A stretch of DNA of 64,000 nt. Origin: Candidatus Methanoperedenaceae archaeon. GTDB taxonomy: Archaea > Halobacteriota > Methanosarcinia > Methanosarcinales > Methanoperedenaceae. The notes beneath the pieces were generated by a model. It had not been told where the DNA came from, searched no databases, and was given only the letters and a program-made list of their open reading frames with translations. Where the stretch lies: assembly GCA_963753595.1 (NCBI GenBank), contig CAVWCX010000001.1, positions 128,001 to 192,000 of the forward strand, given 5' to 3'. Numbering within the stretch: the stretch's first letter is position 1; every line of letters begins with the position of its first letter. A program made the position numbers and the translations under genes. Shown in pieces: positions 53,753-63,398 of this stretch.

Positions 53753-54059
53753 AAAAAAAGTTCCATCGGTCTTCTGCTCAGAGAAAAATCATGACATAGA
53801 AAACGGATGGGGCGGATACGGACGGATCAACCAACCGGCGCCTTGCTGAGATAACAGATTAAAGATCATATCACAGTGAACGCAGATACTAAATCACATT
53901 CCGGCGCAAATACATCTCGTAAAAAGCATCCCTGCTTTTCGTTCTTTACAGTGAAAAGCGTGAAATATTTATCAACATTTTAATATAATTATTCCGGGCG
54001 CGCAGACATGTTCCCGAAGCAGCCGACATGGATCAAATCCAGAGCAAAAGTCTACCTGG

Positions 54060-54161
54060 GCAGGATGAACAGGATCTACAGGATACGATTTTATTGAAAA
54101 ATCCTGTCGATCCGGTCAAAAAAAAAGTAATGTCTCTTTGAAAACCATTTGTTTTCAGAGC
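54060..54161. repeat. Palindromic interspersed repeat, copy 2
   Basis: CAGGATGAACAGGATCTACAGGAT...ATCCTGTCGATCCGGT...GTAATGTCTCTTTGAA. Confidence 0.85.
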
Positions 54162-54198
54162 TTTTCCAATGCATTTTTGACAAGGTTTAATTAAATCC

Positions 54199-54346
54199 GC
54201 TCTAATTGGCATGTGAAATGTCTGATGACCGGCGGCGCAGGTTAAAATTCAAAACCACCATTGAGTTCAAAAAAATCTTTGGGCTACAGTTTTCAAGGGG
54301 CATCCCGTCGGTCGATCATTTTATCGGGGCTTCTGTTACCCGTATT
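54199..54346. repeat. ~150-bp direct repeat, copy 2
   Basis: Matches 52820-52968. Confidence 0.85.
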
Positions 54347-54544
54347 TTCGGGATAATAATTTACAGAATAATTCTTATTTTGAACAGGATAATCCGTATC
54401 CTGAGCTGGTTTACAGCAAAGACAGGGTATGGATTTTCAGGGTAAATTCTAGAATTAATTAAATTTAACAAAAATCAATAAGAATCTCTATTTTAAAAAA
54501 AACTAACAATTGAAATAATACCGGAATGATCGGCTTTTTGTGCT

Positions 54545-55855
54545 TCAACGCAAGAGCGACGCAATACTCCTAGCAACATCATTTTCTGATGAACCCGACA
54601 TATCAAGAGAGCCAGTCGATTCTGCTGGGGCACCTTCTCTTTCCCAAACGCGATTGCACGCTTCAGTCAGGGCGGAAGCGATTGACTCCGGTGTAAGGTT
54701 TTGAATGGAAATAATAGAAGATGAACCTTCAGAGAGGTTCTTATTAGCAAAGCTATTTGTAACAACCTCCAGGCCGAACGCGGCCATTTCCAGAGGTGGA
54801 TAACTGGGGTGGGGGGAAATCATTATAGACAGACCCACCGAAGATCGGATTAATTCACTTGCGTATTCTTCGAGGGTCAGCTTACCTACAGAAACGAGTT
54901 TAATTCCTTTACCCAGAGGTATCTCTGGGTGTTTTTCACCGGCAGATACAATATTCCAGTTTATTGCATGGGGATACGAATTCGCCCAAATGTGCAATCC
55001 CTGGATGATAATCTCAAATGCGTTTCTGGGAACAGAAGGGCGCCCATAAACAAATAATTGATAGGGTGAAGATCGTTTCGTCTTCTGAGCAATCTTCGCT
55101 TTTTCTAAAAGCATTGGGTTTATTGTCGGATTAAAGTGAAATTTTTGAAAAAAAGTATAACCCAGGCGCTCAAAAAATTCCTGGAGAATACTTGTATTGA
55201 AAATTGCAACAGTGGGGACATCAGCTTTATAAGTGGATTCAGCCAGCATGTAACGTGATGACCATGGATAGAATCCGGGTTCATAATCCTGTATTATGTA
55301 AAAAAGTGGTTTTGGTTCCAGCTTGTAATATTCCCGCTGCCAATGTATTAATGGTCGGGCTATATATGCAGTCCACCATGCTGAAGCCAGAAAAATATCT
55401 CCCGCAGATACATCTATTGTTATATTGTTCCTGTCATACAATTCTACAATTGAATCTTCTGTGGAATCTAAAAGAGGGGCGCTCAGGGTGTAATCCCTGA
55501 ATTTTGTCTTGTCGTAATCCTTAACCAGGGCATCTATTACTAGGATGCGGGCATGTGGCACACTTACTTTGAGTTTTTCAAAAATTCGTAGTGCTGTAGA
55601 AACTCCCCCATAAGTATCCTTGAACTCTATACTCGGAATAAGAAGATTCAATCTAGTAACCTGTAATTTTGAAGGTCTTGGTACAATTGGTGTAATCTCA
55701 GGGATATTAAAAGCCTCTACTCCACACGGTTCTGGAATTAAATATTTTCCAAAATAACGCCTTGTTAATTCAAATAGAGTCATTGATATTAACGCTTTAA
55801 TACCATAATGCTTCCAGTAAGAAAAGACTTTATGCAAGAAATAACTATAATTCAT
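54545..55855 (-). CDS. WsaF-like GT4 (rhamnosyl)transferase
   Basis: YGGVSTA, ASAWWTAY, IQDYEPGFYPWS, YGRPSVPRNAF, SPHPSYPPLEMA. Confidence 0.8.
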   Translation of the reverse strand: MNYSYFLHKVFSYWKHYGIKALISMTLFELTRRYFGKYLIPEPCGVEAFNIPEITPIVPRPSKLQVTRLNLLIPSIEFKDTYGGVSTALRIFEKLKVSVPHARILVIDALVKDYDKTKFRDYTLSAPLLDSTEDSIVELYDRNNITIDVSAGDIFLASAWWTAYIARPLIHWQREYYKLEPKPLFYIIQDYEPGFYPWSSRYMLAESTYKADVPTVAIFNTSILQEFFERLGYTFFQKFHFNPTINPMLLEKAKIAQKTKRSSPYQLFVYGRPSVPRNAFEIIIQGLHIWANSYPHAINWNIVSAGEKHPEIPLGKGIKLVSVGKLTLEEYASELIRSSVGLSIMISPHPSYPPLEMAAFGLEVVTNSFANKNLSEGSSSIISIQNLTPESIASALTEACNRVWEREGAPAESTGSLDMSGSSENDVARSIASLLR

Positions 55856-55869
55856 TATATATCAAACCC

Positions 55870-58800
55870 TTATGTTTTTTTAGATACACTTTTTAGAATC
55901 TCCTGGGCAAATTCAATTGTTTCTTTCTCCCCAAGCATCCTTATACTTGGTATTGTATTCCAGAGTGAAAGGTTTATATTATAATATGGATCTCTTTTTT
56001 TAAGAAAATGTTCATAGTATTCATAAGATAGTATAAAATCTTGAGGAGGAATATATTTATTTCTGGTTGATGCCTCGTGGTGTACCAACTTCGCAAATGG
56101 TGTACAAACTGTACGGTATCCTTTTTTCCCAATGCGAAGACATAATTCCACATCACTACCCATGAGTATAAATGATTCGCTAAAACCTCCAGCCTCTTCA
56201 AATACCTTTTTCCTAATCATCATACAAGCCCCGGTGACCGCAAGGTAATCTCGATACCATTCTGTAGATCCAAATGGGCCATTAAAGTTATCCTTTGCTC
56301 CTGCGAATGGATGCCCGGCAAAACCCTGCATACCAAGTATTACTCCAGCGTGTTGAATAGTATTATCCGGCTTCAATAATTTAGCCCCCACAACACCGAT
56401 TTCATCCTGCTGTATCCAGCCAGCCATTTCCTCAAGCCAGTCTGATGTAATGACTTCAGTATCATCATTTAAAAATAGCAGTATTTCACCGGTAGCATAC
56501 TTTTCTCCAAGATTATTTACTGCAGAATAATTGAATTGTTTATTATAATTTATTATTTTTATTTTAGTATTTATAGAGATTTTATTATTATATGCAAGAC
56601 TTTCCGGTTCTTTGCTTCCTGTATCAATAATAATTATTTCAAAATTTTGATATGATGATTTGTTTAAAATTGACTCCACACATGGTTTCAGCTTATTGAT
56701 ATTATCTTTAGTGGGGATAATAATTGAGATTTTGTCTTTATCCTTAATGGCCCATTTTATTCTCCAGATACCCGGCGGAATCAATATTAACTCAGCTGAC
56801 TTACCAAGACGCTTTAAATGATTATGTAATACGTTTCGCTGAGCGTCAAAGATATACGGTTTTGCAGTCGATCCCGCCAATGCACAGGATGTTTCTGATT
56901 CCCTCCAATGATATAATATCTTAGAAATGTGATGTATTTTATTAGTATTTTCCATCACCCTCATGAATAATTCCCAATCTTGAGCGCCGTCGGTGTCTGA
57001 TAAAAACCCTCCCATTTTATCAACAAGACTCTTCCTTATAACGCACAGGTGAGTCAGGTAGTTAGTTGAGAGCATGATTTCGGGCGACCAATCAGGTTTG
57101 AAAAGGGGTTGAAGTCGCTGCTTTCCGTCTTCTGAAATAATATCTTTATCCGAATAAATAAAATCCAATTCTGGTTCTTGATTGAGTGTTGTTACCATTT
57201 CAAATAAAGCAAAAGGTGCGAGTAAATCATCATGATCTAATAACGAAACAAATTCTCCCTTCGCAATTTGAAGCGCCTTATTTGAATTACCTGAAATTCC
57301 CAGGTTTTGATCCAGGAAATTAACGTGAATTCGTTTATCTATTTGTGAAAAATCTGTGAGAATATTTTTTAATTCTTCACCTTTGGAATTCCCATCGACA
57401 ATACATAGTTCCCAATTATCATATGTCTGTTTCAAAACTGATTGTATAGTTTCTTTAAGTATATTTGGCGTTGTATTATATACTGGAGTTATTATACTTA
57501 TAAGAGGCCTATAATTAAATTTCTTTGCATCGACCCTTTGTTGCTTAAGTTCATCCTCATTGGGTTCATTACAAGATATCCAAATTTCATAAAGGTTTTT
57601 ATTTTTGATAGATGATATTGCTTGAAAATTAATAGTACCCTGAAGTTTTTTGTCATTATGATAAAGATCAATTTTTGTGGATATTTGATCTGGATCATAC
57701 CATACTGCTGCACTTGGTTTTCCAGTAGATTTTATTTCGAAATAAAAAATCTTTCCTTTACTATCATTTATTGGTTTAAATTTAAAAGATGTATAAGCAT
57801 TATCCAGAATGTTCTGTCCCGGAATCTTAACTCTTCTTAGAACATCTCCATTTTCAGAACTTAGACGTAATATGAACGATATATCAGCATTTTTACGCTG
57901 ATAAGTGGTTGTTATTATCCTTATCTCAGTAAGTTGGTCAATACTTGACTGAAATATACCGTAAATTTTTTTTTCCAATGAGAGGGGTGAAACAAAGGCT
58001 CCTTTAATTTCAAGAATTGGAACATAACTCGTTTTTGTGTCATTGTTTTTGTTATGTAAGAATCGAAGGCTTTTATTCAAAAAGGCTGACAACCCTTCAT
58101 TAACAATTGTTCTAAGTGACATTAATCCAAAATCATAGCAACGCCTGCGTCTGGTTTTTCCTGGAAAAAAGATTTCGACTAGATTTTGAAATTTCATTAC
58201 AGTTCGCCATGTAATACTTCTATAAATATAATTTATTGTAGAGTCAAGAGATCGTATTTGAAGGTTTAATTGGTCTATTTGAGTGTTAAATTGTTTTTCT
58301 CGTTCTTTGACAGTTTCTCCAATGCCCATAAACGTCAAAGAAAGAAGCTTTTCATATTTCAAAATATTTATATTATTATTAGCTTTTTCATACGAACTTA
58401 TTCTTGGTATTATTCCACCTTTACTAATAAAATATACTTTTCTGTAAGTTGGTGGTATTGAGTCTCCCAATTCAAGGAAATTTTCATTATAAAATCTAAA
58501 AACTTCTCCTATTTGTATGCCTAGCGCAGGATTAGTGTGCGTATAAAATATAAAAGATTGCATTAAGAGCCAGTTTAGAATATTGTTGTTCTCTATGAAA
58601 TAAAAATTATAACCTTTATCTTGTAGAAATTTTTCCAGTTCATTTCTTTTTGGCAAACCATTTGCTATATGCTCAGCTAACCACATATGTTCAATATCAG
58701 TAAGTTTGCGATAAAATTCATTCGCCTTTATCTCAGCATCATATACTTCTTCCGAGTAAAAGGGCGCCGCCAATATAATAAAATTCTTAGTGAGTCTTAG

Positions 58801-59127
58801 CATTTCGGATAATGCTGTTAACCGTGAATTCGGAGACAAATGTTCGTACAAATCAGAAGAAACAACAAAATCGAATAAACCATCTTTGAATGGAGCGTTT
58901 GTAATACTTCCCATGAAATAATTTTTTTCTTTAAGGTCGCTATCTCTAATATCTAATATGAACAACTCATCTTCTGCTTTAATGAACTCCCTGAGGTATC
59001 CACTCCTTCCGCCAACATCAAGAATCTTAAAACATTTATTTTTTTCCCTAATAGATTCTATTAAATCACTTATAATCTTATTCCGGGTGTATAAATCAAA
59101 AGGCAGATTGAGTTTTTCATTTATCAT
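55870..59127 (-). CDS. Methyltransferase + double GT2 glycan polymerase/terminator (WsaE-like architecture)
   Basis: ILDVGGRSG; short coiled coil; SIITPVYNT...LDHDD; IIIPTKD...LNDDTEV, AVTGAC. Confidence 0.85.
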   Translation of the reverse strand: MINEKLNLPFDLYTRNKIISDLIESIREKNKCFKILDVGGRSGYLREFIKAEDELFILDIRDSDLKEKNYFMGSITNAPFKDGLFDFVVSSDLYEHLSPNSRLTALSEMLRLTKNFIILAAPFYSEEVYDAEIKANEFYRKLTDIEHMWLAEHIANGLPKRNELEKFLQDKGYNFYFIENNNILNWLLMQSFIFYTHTNPALGIQIGEVFRFYNENFLELGDSIPPTYRKVYFISKGGIIPRISSYEKANNNINILKYEKLLSLTFMGIGETVKEREKQFNTQIDQLNLQIRSLDSTINYIYRSITWRTVMKFQNLVEIFFPGKTRRRRCYDFGLMSLRTIVNEGLSAFLNKSLRFLHNKNNDTKTSYVPILEIKGAFVSPLSLEKKIYGIFQSSIDQLTEIRIITTTYQRKNADISFILRLSSENGDVLRRVKIPGQNILDNAYTSFKFKPINDSKGKIFYFEIKSTGKPSAAVWYDPDQISTKIDLYHNDKKLQGTINFQAISSIKNKNLYEIWISCNEPNEDELKQQRVDAKKFNYRPLISIITPVYNTTPNILKETIQSVLKQTYDNWELCIVDGNSKGEELKNILTDFSQIDKRIHVNFLDQNLGISGNSNKALQIAKGEFVSLLDHDDLLAPFALFEMVTTLNQEPELDFIYSDKDIISEDGKQRLQPLFKPDWSPEIMLSTNYLTHLCVIRKSLVDKMGGFLSDTDGAQDWELFMRVMENTNKIHHISKILYHWRESETSCALAGSTAKPYIFDAQRNVLHNHLKRLGKSAELILIPPGIWRIKWAIKDKDKISIIIPTKDNINKLKPCVESILNKSSYQNFEIIIIDTGSKEPESLAYNNKISINTKIKIINYNKQFNYSAVNNLGEKYATGEILLFLNDDTEVITSDWLEEMAGWIQQDEIGVVGAKLLKPDNTIQHAGVILGMQGFAGHPFAGAKDNFNGPFGSTEWYRDYLAVTGACMMIRKKVFEEAGGFSESFILMGSDVELCLRIGKKGYRTVCTPFAKLVHHEASTRNKYIPPQDFILSYEYYEHFLKKRDPYYNINLSLWNTIPSIRMLGEKETIEFAQEILKSVSKKT

Positions 59128-59245
59128 GATTCATTCTAATTTTAATCCATTTAATAAATTTATTTAAGCTTAATTCCTTTTTTATCTTATAAAGTCATTT
59201 TTATTTTATTTTGATATAAATTTCAACAAACATTAAGGAATATAG

Positions 59246-60496
59246 TCAAAGTAGTTTCCATTTTGATTTAGTATATATTAATCCATACTCTTCAATTGAA
59301 TTATCAAACACCTCAAAATAAAATCTTCTATCCTGATAGTCAATTGCTATATAATTTCCATCTAAAAATTCAAAAATTCCAGCCGATACGACATATAATC
59401 CTTTCAACAGAGGTAAACTATCGATTGAGTATTCAATTATTCCTTCTCCTTCTATGGAGGGTATCGGAAATTTATGAACACGTGTATTTGGACCAATGAT
59501 CAATAGTCCATCATTTCTGTGGATCGCAAAACCAAATATGGGATCCTTAATTTTCTTGTGAGAAAAATATTTGATTTTTGCAGTAAATTTTTTATTAGTC
59601 AAGAATTTCTTAGTTTCATTACCATCTTCATCATACATTTTAACGTCGGTTATTCTTGCAACAGATGAAATATGCCTTTCTTCTTTGGACTTATCCCCGA
59701 ACCTCTCTTCCAGCTTCTTCTCTTCAATTGCACGCAATTTCGTATTATAATGATCCATCACATCTTTAGAAAACCCACTCTTTTCCATGGAACCACTTGA
59801 TAACAATAATGCAGTCTTACACATATCAGTAATTGACTGCGATGCATGAGAAACAAGAATGATGGTCTTATTATTTGAAATAAATTCATCCATTTTATCC
59901 TTGCATTTCCTCTGGAAAGCCGCATCCCCTACCGACAAAACCTCATCGATCAGCAAAATATCCGGGTCTGTCGCCACTGCAGTCGCAAACGCCAGCCGCG
60001 CGTACATCCCGCTTGAAAAATTCTTAAGCTTCATGTTCCTGAATCTGGGAAGCTCGGCGAACTCGAATATCTCCTCGAATTTATCTTCCATCTCCTTTTT
60101 CGACATCCCCATGATCGCGCCGTAGAGCCGGACATTGTCCTCTGCTGTTAGTTCAGGGTTGAAGCCAACGCCAAGTTCCAGGAAGGGAGCAATTTTCCCA
60201 TTCACTTTGACAGAACCTGAGTCGGGGGTGAGTACACCTGCAATGATCTTTAATAAAGTGCTTTTTCCGCTTCCGTTCTCGCCAATTATGCCTAAGGTCT
60301 CGCCTTTTTTTACTGTGAAGCTTACGTCTTTTACTGCCCAGAATTCCTCGTATGTTGAGGTTGTACCTTTGAGAGCGCCGGTGATGTGTTCGAAAAGCTT
60401 TGTTTTCTTCTCGTGGGGGATGCGAAAGTGCTTGGAGACGTTGCTGACTATGATCGCGTCTTCGGAAGGTTGTTTGGGGGTCTGGAGGTCGAACAT
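59246..60496 (-). CDS. wzt: Polysaccharide ABC exporter ATPase with a C-terminal Wzt_C domain
   Basis: GENGSGKST, FSSGMYARLAF, LLIDEVLSVGD. Confidence 0.92.
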   Translation of the reverse strand: MFDLQTPKQPSEDAIIVSNVSKHFRIPHEKKTKLFEHITGALKGTTSTYEEFWAVKDVSFTVKKGETLGIIGENGSGKSTLLKIIAGVLTPDSGSVKVNGKIAPFLELGVGFNPELTAEDNVRLYGAIMGMSKKEMEDKFEEIFEFAELPRFRNMKLKNFSSGMYARLAFATAVATDPDILLIDEVLSVGDAAFQRKCKDKMDEFISNNKTIILVSHASQSITDMCKTALLLSSGSMEKSGFSKDVMDHYNTKLRAIEEKKLEERFGDKSKEERHISSVARITDVKMYDEDGNETKKFLTNKKFTAKIKYFSHKKIKDPIFGFAIHRNDGLLIIGPNTRVHKFPIPSIEGEGIIEYSIDSLPLLKGLYVVSAGIFEFLDGNYIAIDYQDRRFYFEVFDNSIEEYGLIYTKSKWKLL

Positions 60497-60510
60497 ATTT
60501 CCTTAATGAA

Positions 60511-60576
60511 AACAACGAACTGGTACGAACTGAAACGAACTCACGGAGTTCGTCGGGTTCGTTTTAGTTCGTTGTT
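60511..60576. repeat. Short-period palindrome: ACGAAC x3 (10-nt period) followed by GTTCGT x3
   Basis: Outer arms AACAACGAAC / GTTCGTTGTT are perfectly complementary. Confidence 0.9.
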
Positions 60577-60849
60577 AATTTCTAATTTATAGCTCATGCT
60601 TATTTTAACTGTTATTCCTATCCTTTAGCATTTATTCATTTTTTATAATTGGCCATGGACGCTAATAAATATCGATGCAATAAATCTGCGGTTTGGTTTT
60701 TTCTGATTTTATTAACCATAATTTGATATCATCAGTATAAAGCTTATCTTTAATTTTCATGATAATCCTTGGAGATTTGCCTGAAAACTCAAAAGAAAAA
60801 GCCGACAACAAACCATTTTTAATAGTTCATCATATCAAGGTATTGATTT

Positions 60850-61101
60850 ATGGTCAATTGGAAAAAAATAGATCTGGAATTTGACGAGCATGCCTTTAAA
60901 CATGGGATCAAAGATTATGAAATAGAGCAAATTTTTAAAGGCAAGATCTATAAAAGAAAAATTTATTTCAACAAAGAATTACGCTATCAGATAATTGGCA
61001 GTGCATTTGGCAGACTCATAATGGTTATAGCAGCATCGTTAGGCGGAAACAAACTTAAAGTCTTTAGTGCAAGGATAGCTTCTGAATACAAAGAGATATA
61101 A
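60850..61101 (+). CDS. BrnT-like toxin (possibly slightly truncated by a nonsense codon)
   Basis: KHGI...EIEQIF, RYQIIG, VFSARIAS. Confidence 0.7.
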   Translation: MVNWKKIDLEFDEHAFKHGIKDYEIEQIFKGKIYKRKIYFNKELRYQIIGSAFGRLIMVIAASLGGNKLKVFSARIASEYKEI

Positions 61102-61115
61102 GATTACAAGGCGAA

Positions 61116-61295
61116 ATGAATATTATGAAAGCTAAGAGATATGAAGGAAAAGATGAGGACGATCTCCTTAAGCTTATTGATGAGGATCCGGATAAATTCC
61201 AGAGATGGGAAGGCCCTATCGAAGCAAATTTGAGCTCAGTACGTTATCCACCAAAGAAAAAAATTATAAGAAAAATTCGTCCAACGAATAAATAA
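61116..61295 (+). CDS. Putative antitoxin partner (59 aa, not in the ORF track)
   Basis: MNIMKAKRYEGKDEDDLLKLIDEDPDKFQRW...; directly follows the BrnT-like gene. Confidence 0.55.
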   Translation: MNIMKAKRYEGKDEDDLLKLIDEDPDKFQRWEGPIEANLSSVRYPPKKKIIRKIRPTNK

Positions 61296-61399
61296 ACCAA
61301 TTCTGCCTGTATTCACAGTTTTTTTAGAAGGGATTGTCCCAAGAACCCATCCCCCTTACTTCGAACTTATCCCACAGCACCCATTGTCAGCGGAACAAC

Positions 61400-61460
61400 C
61401 CGCCACCTCATTTGTAAGCCTTGCGTACATCTCGCTCGAGAAGTTCTTGAGCTTCATGTT
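61400..61460 (-). pseudogene. Small wzt remnant
   Basis: Reverse strand reads NMKLKNFSSEMYARL versus wzt NMKLKNFSSGMYARL. Confidence 0.75.
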
Positions 61461-61553
61461 AAGGTCGTTGTAACTATTTGTATAAATTTATAGTAGGTGA
61501 GCAAAAACATAATACAAATTAAAACATATATACCACTTAAAGAGGTATAAAAG

Positions 61554-61859
61554 ATGTATATCAAGAAAACAATTACATTGCCCCAGGAACTTGAAAAAGA
61601 TGTGGAAAAGTACCTCATCGGAAGGCACTATTCGAATCTATCTGAAGTCATCAGGGACGGCTTGAGGAAAGTGCTCAAAGAGTACATGAAAAAAGAATCT
61701 ATAGAAGAGGCCGCAAAGCTGTACAAAAAAGAAAAAATTTCTGCGCGGCAGGCTGCAGAACTTACGGGTCTCACCTTGCGGGAGACGCTTGATGAGTTTG
61801 GCAAAAGAGGGGTATATATCCATTATGGCAAAAAGGAACTAAATGAGGACACTGCATGA
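61554..61859 (+). CDS. Ribbon-helix-helix + UPF0175-like antitoxin
   Basis: TITLP...YSNLSEVIRDGLR; ISARQAAELTGL. Confidence 0.8.
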   Translation: MYIKKTITLPQELEKDVEKYLIGRHYSNLSEVIRDGLRKVLKEYMKKESIEEAAKLYKKEKISARQAAELTGLTLRETLDEFGKRGVYIHYGKKELNEDTA

Positions 61860-62227
61860 TCGTGGTGAGCGATTCAACACCTTTAATTCACATTGCAAAA
61901 GTAGGACGCCTGGATATACTGTTCTCCCTCTATCAGGAAATTATAATCACTAAAGAAGTTTATAGAGAGGTGGTGGAAGAGGGACTGATTCTTGAACAAA
62001 AGGATGCGGTGGTTATTAAAGAATATATTGGCAAAAGGATTCATGTAAAAAATGCCAGCTCTTCTTCCAGTTATTTAGTCGAAAAGTATTCCATCCATAA
62101 AGGGGAGGCGGATTCCATTCAACTGGCTTTGGAGATCAATGCTCTGATTCTCATGAACGAAAGAGATGGCAGAAATGCTGCCAAAAGCGAAGGACGAAAA
62201 GTCGCTCCACAGTACCGATTCAATTAA
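61856..62227 (+). pseudogene. DUF3368-type PIN protein, 3'-truncated
   Basis: VVSDSTPLI, EVYREVV, GEADSIQLA, ERDGRNAA; similarity ends where the repeat at 62210 begins. Confidence 0.75.
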
Positions 62228-62330
62228 AAAATTGATTTCACACAGTATGAACAGGATATATTTATTGACAAATCCTGTCGATTCTGTCAAAAAAATTAAT
62301 AACTCTTTGAAAACTATTTGTTTTCAGAGC
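62210..62330. repeat. Palindromic interspersed repeat, copy 3
   Basis: CAGTACCGAT..AATTAAAAAATTG shared with 52034; ...CTCTTTGAAAAC.ATTTGTTTTCAGAGC shared with copy 2. Confidence 0.8.
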
Positions 62331-62585
62331 TCTTCTTCACGGTTTATGAATTGTTGAACCATGATAATATTATCGTATTGCAACTATATATGGGCTTCCA
62401 GACAAGTCCTGCTGCACACTCTTATTTCTTCTTCCAATGCAGGGATGGATTGCGTCCCATTCAAGAAATGATTTAATGCTAAATCCCGCCAGAGGCGGCG
62501 CTTCCATTGGGGTCTGGGGTCGCAACCCCGGCGCCCGTTATTGCAATTGAAAGTATCCTGTTTATTCTTTGAGTATCCGGAACAA

Positions 62586-63347
62586 CTACACCTCTTCTGC
62601 AAATCTGGGGGACAGCTTTCGAAACAACCACGAACCGAAGAAGAACATAATGATCCCGAACAGCAACACCAGGCCGAAATCACTAAATCCCGGCAGTCTT
62701 CCATATAAGAGAGTATCCCTGTACATTTCGATCAGCCTTGTGATGGGGTTCAGCATGTAATAAACCTTGTACTTCTCAGGGATCAATGAAATCGGGTAAA
62801 CGATTGGAGACAAAAAGAACCCTATCTGCAGAAGAACTTCCCATATCTGGTTGATGTCCCTGTAATAGACGTAAAGCGAAGCGAGCGAAAGTGCGATACC
62901 ATACACTATCAGGAAATACAGGACATGGAGAGCAGGGAACAGGAGGATCGTGGCCGACAGACCCACGCCGAATATGATCAAAAGGGGTATCAGAACCAGG
63001 AATTCAAGGAGAGAGCTGACCAATGCAGACAGCACAACGCTGATGGTGAGTATCTCGCGGGGTATGTAGATCTTTGTAACAAGACTTGATCTTCCCACGA
63101 TAGAGGACATGGCCATTGACGTACCAAGGGCAAAAAATCTCCAGCCTGTCAGGCCTATGAGAATATACAGCGCAAAATGCTCCTGGTTATTGTGGAAGAC
63201 GTTGTTGAAAACCAGATAAAGAACGAGCATCATCAAAAGAGGATTCAGCATAGACCAGACAAAACCAAGGGCTGAATTTGAATATTTTGTCTTAAGGTCG
63301 CTTATGACGAGATTTTTTATTAATTCTTTATATTCAAATATATACAT
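62586..63347 (-). CDS. wzm: Polysaccharide ABC exporter permease
   Basis: DLKTKYSNSALGFVWSMLNPL, YRDINQIW, SPIVYP, LNPIT. Confidence 0.92.
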   Translation of the reverse strand: MYIFEYKELIKNLVISDLKTKYSNSALGFVWSMLNPLLMMLVLYLVFNNVFHNNQEHFALYILIGLTGWRFFALGTSMAMSSIVGRSSLVTKIYIPREILTISVVLSALVSSLLEFLVLIPLLIIFGVGLSATILLFPALHVLYFLIVYGIALSLASLYVYYRDINQIWEVLLQIGFFLSPIVYPISLIPEKYKVYYMLNPITRLIEMYRDTLLYGRLPGFSDFGLVLLFGIIMFFFGSWLFRKLSPRFAEEV

Positions 63348-63398
63348 GTTGATCCAGGATGTTAATTCAGTTCTGCTAATAATTCATAAATAATTATT

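Noticed and set aside
54206-54445. 79-aa ORF, and 52865-53269 on the minus strand
   Set aside because: Overlap the 150-bp repeat or the antitoxin gene; no coding hallmarks
52034-62330. Possible CRISPR array from the short repeats
   Set aside because: No regularly spaced identical repeats with unique spacers, and no cas genes
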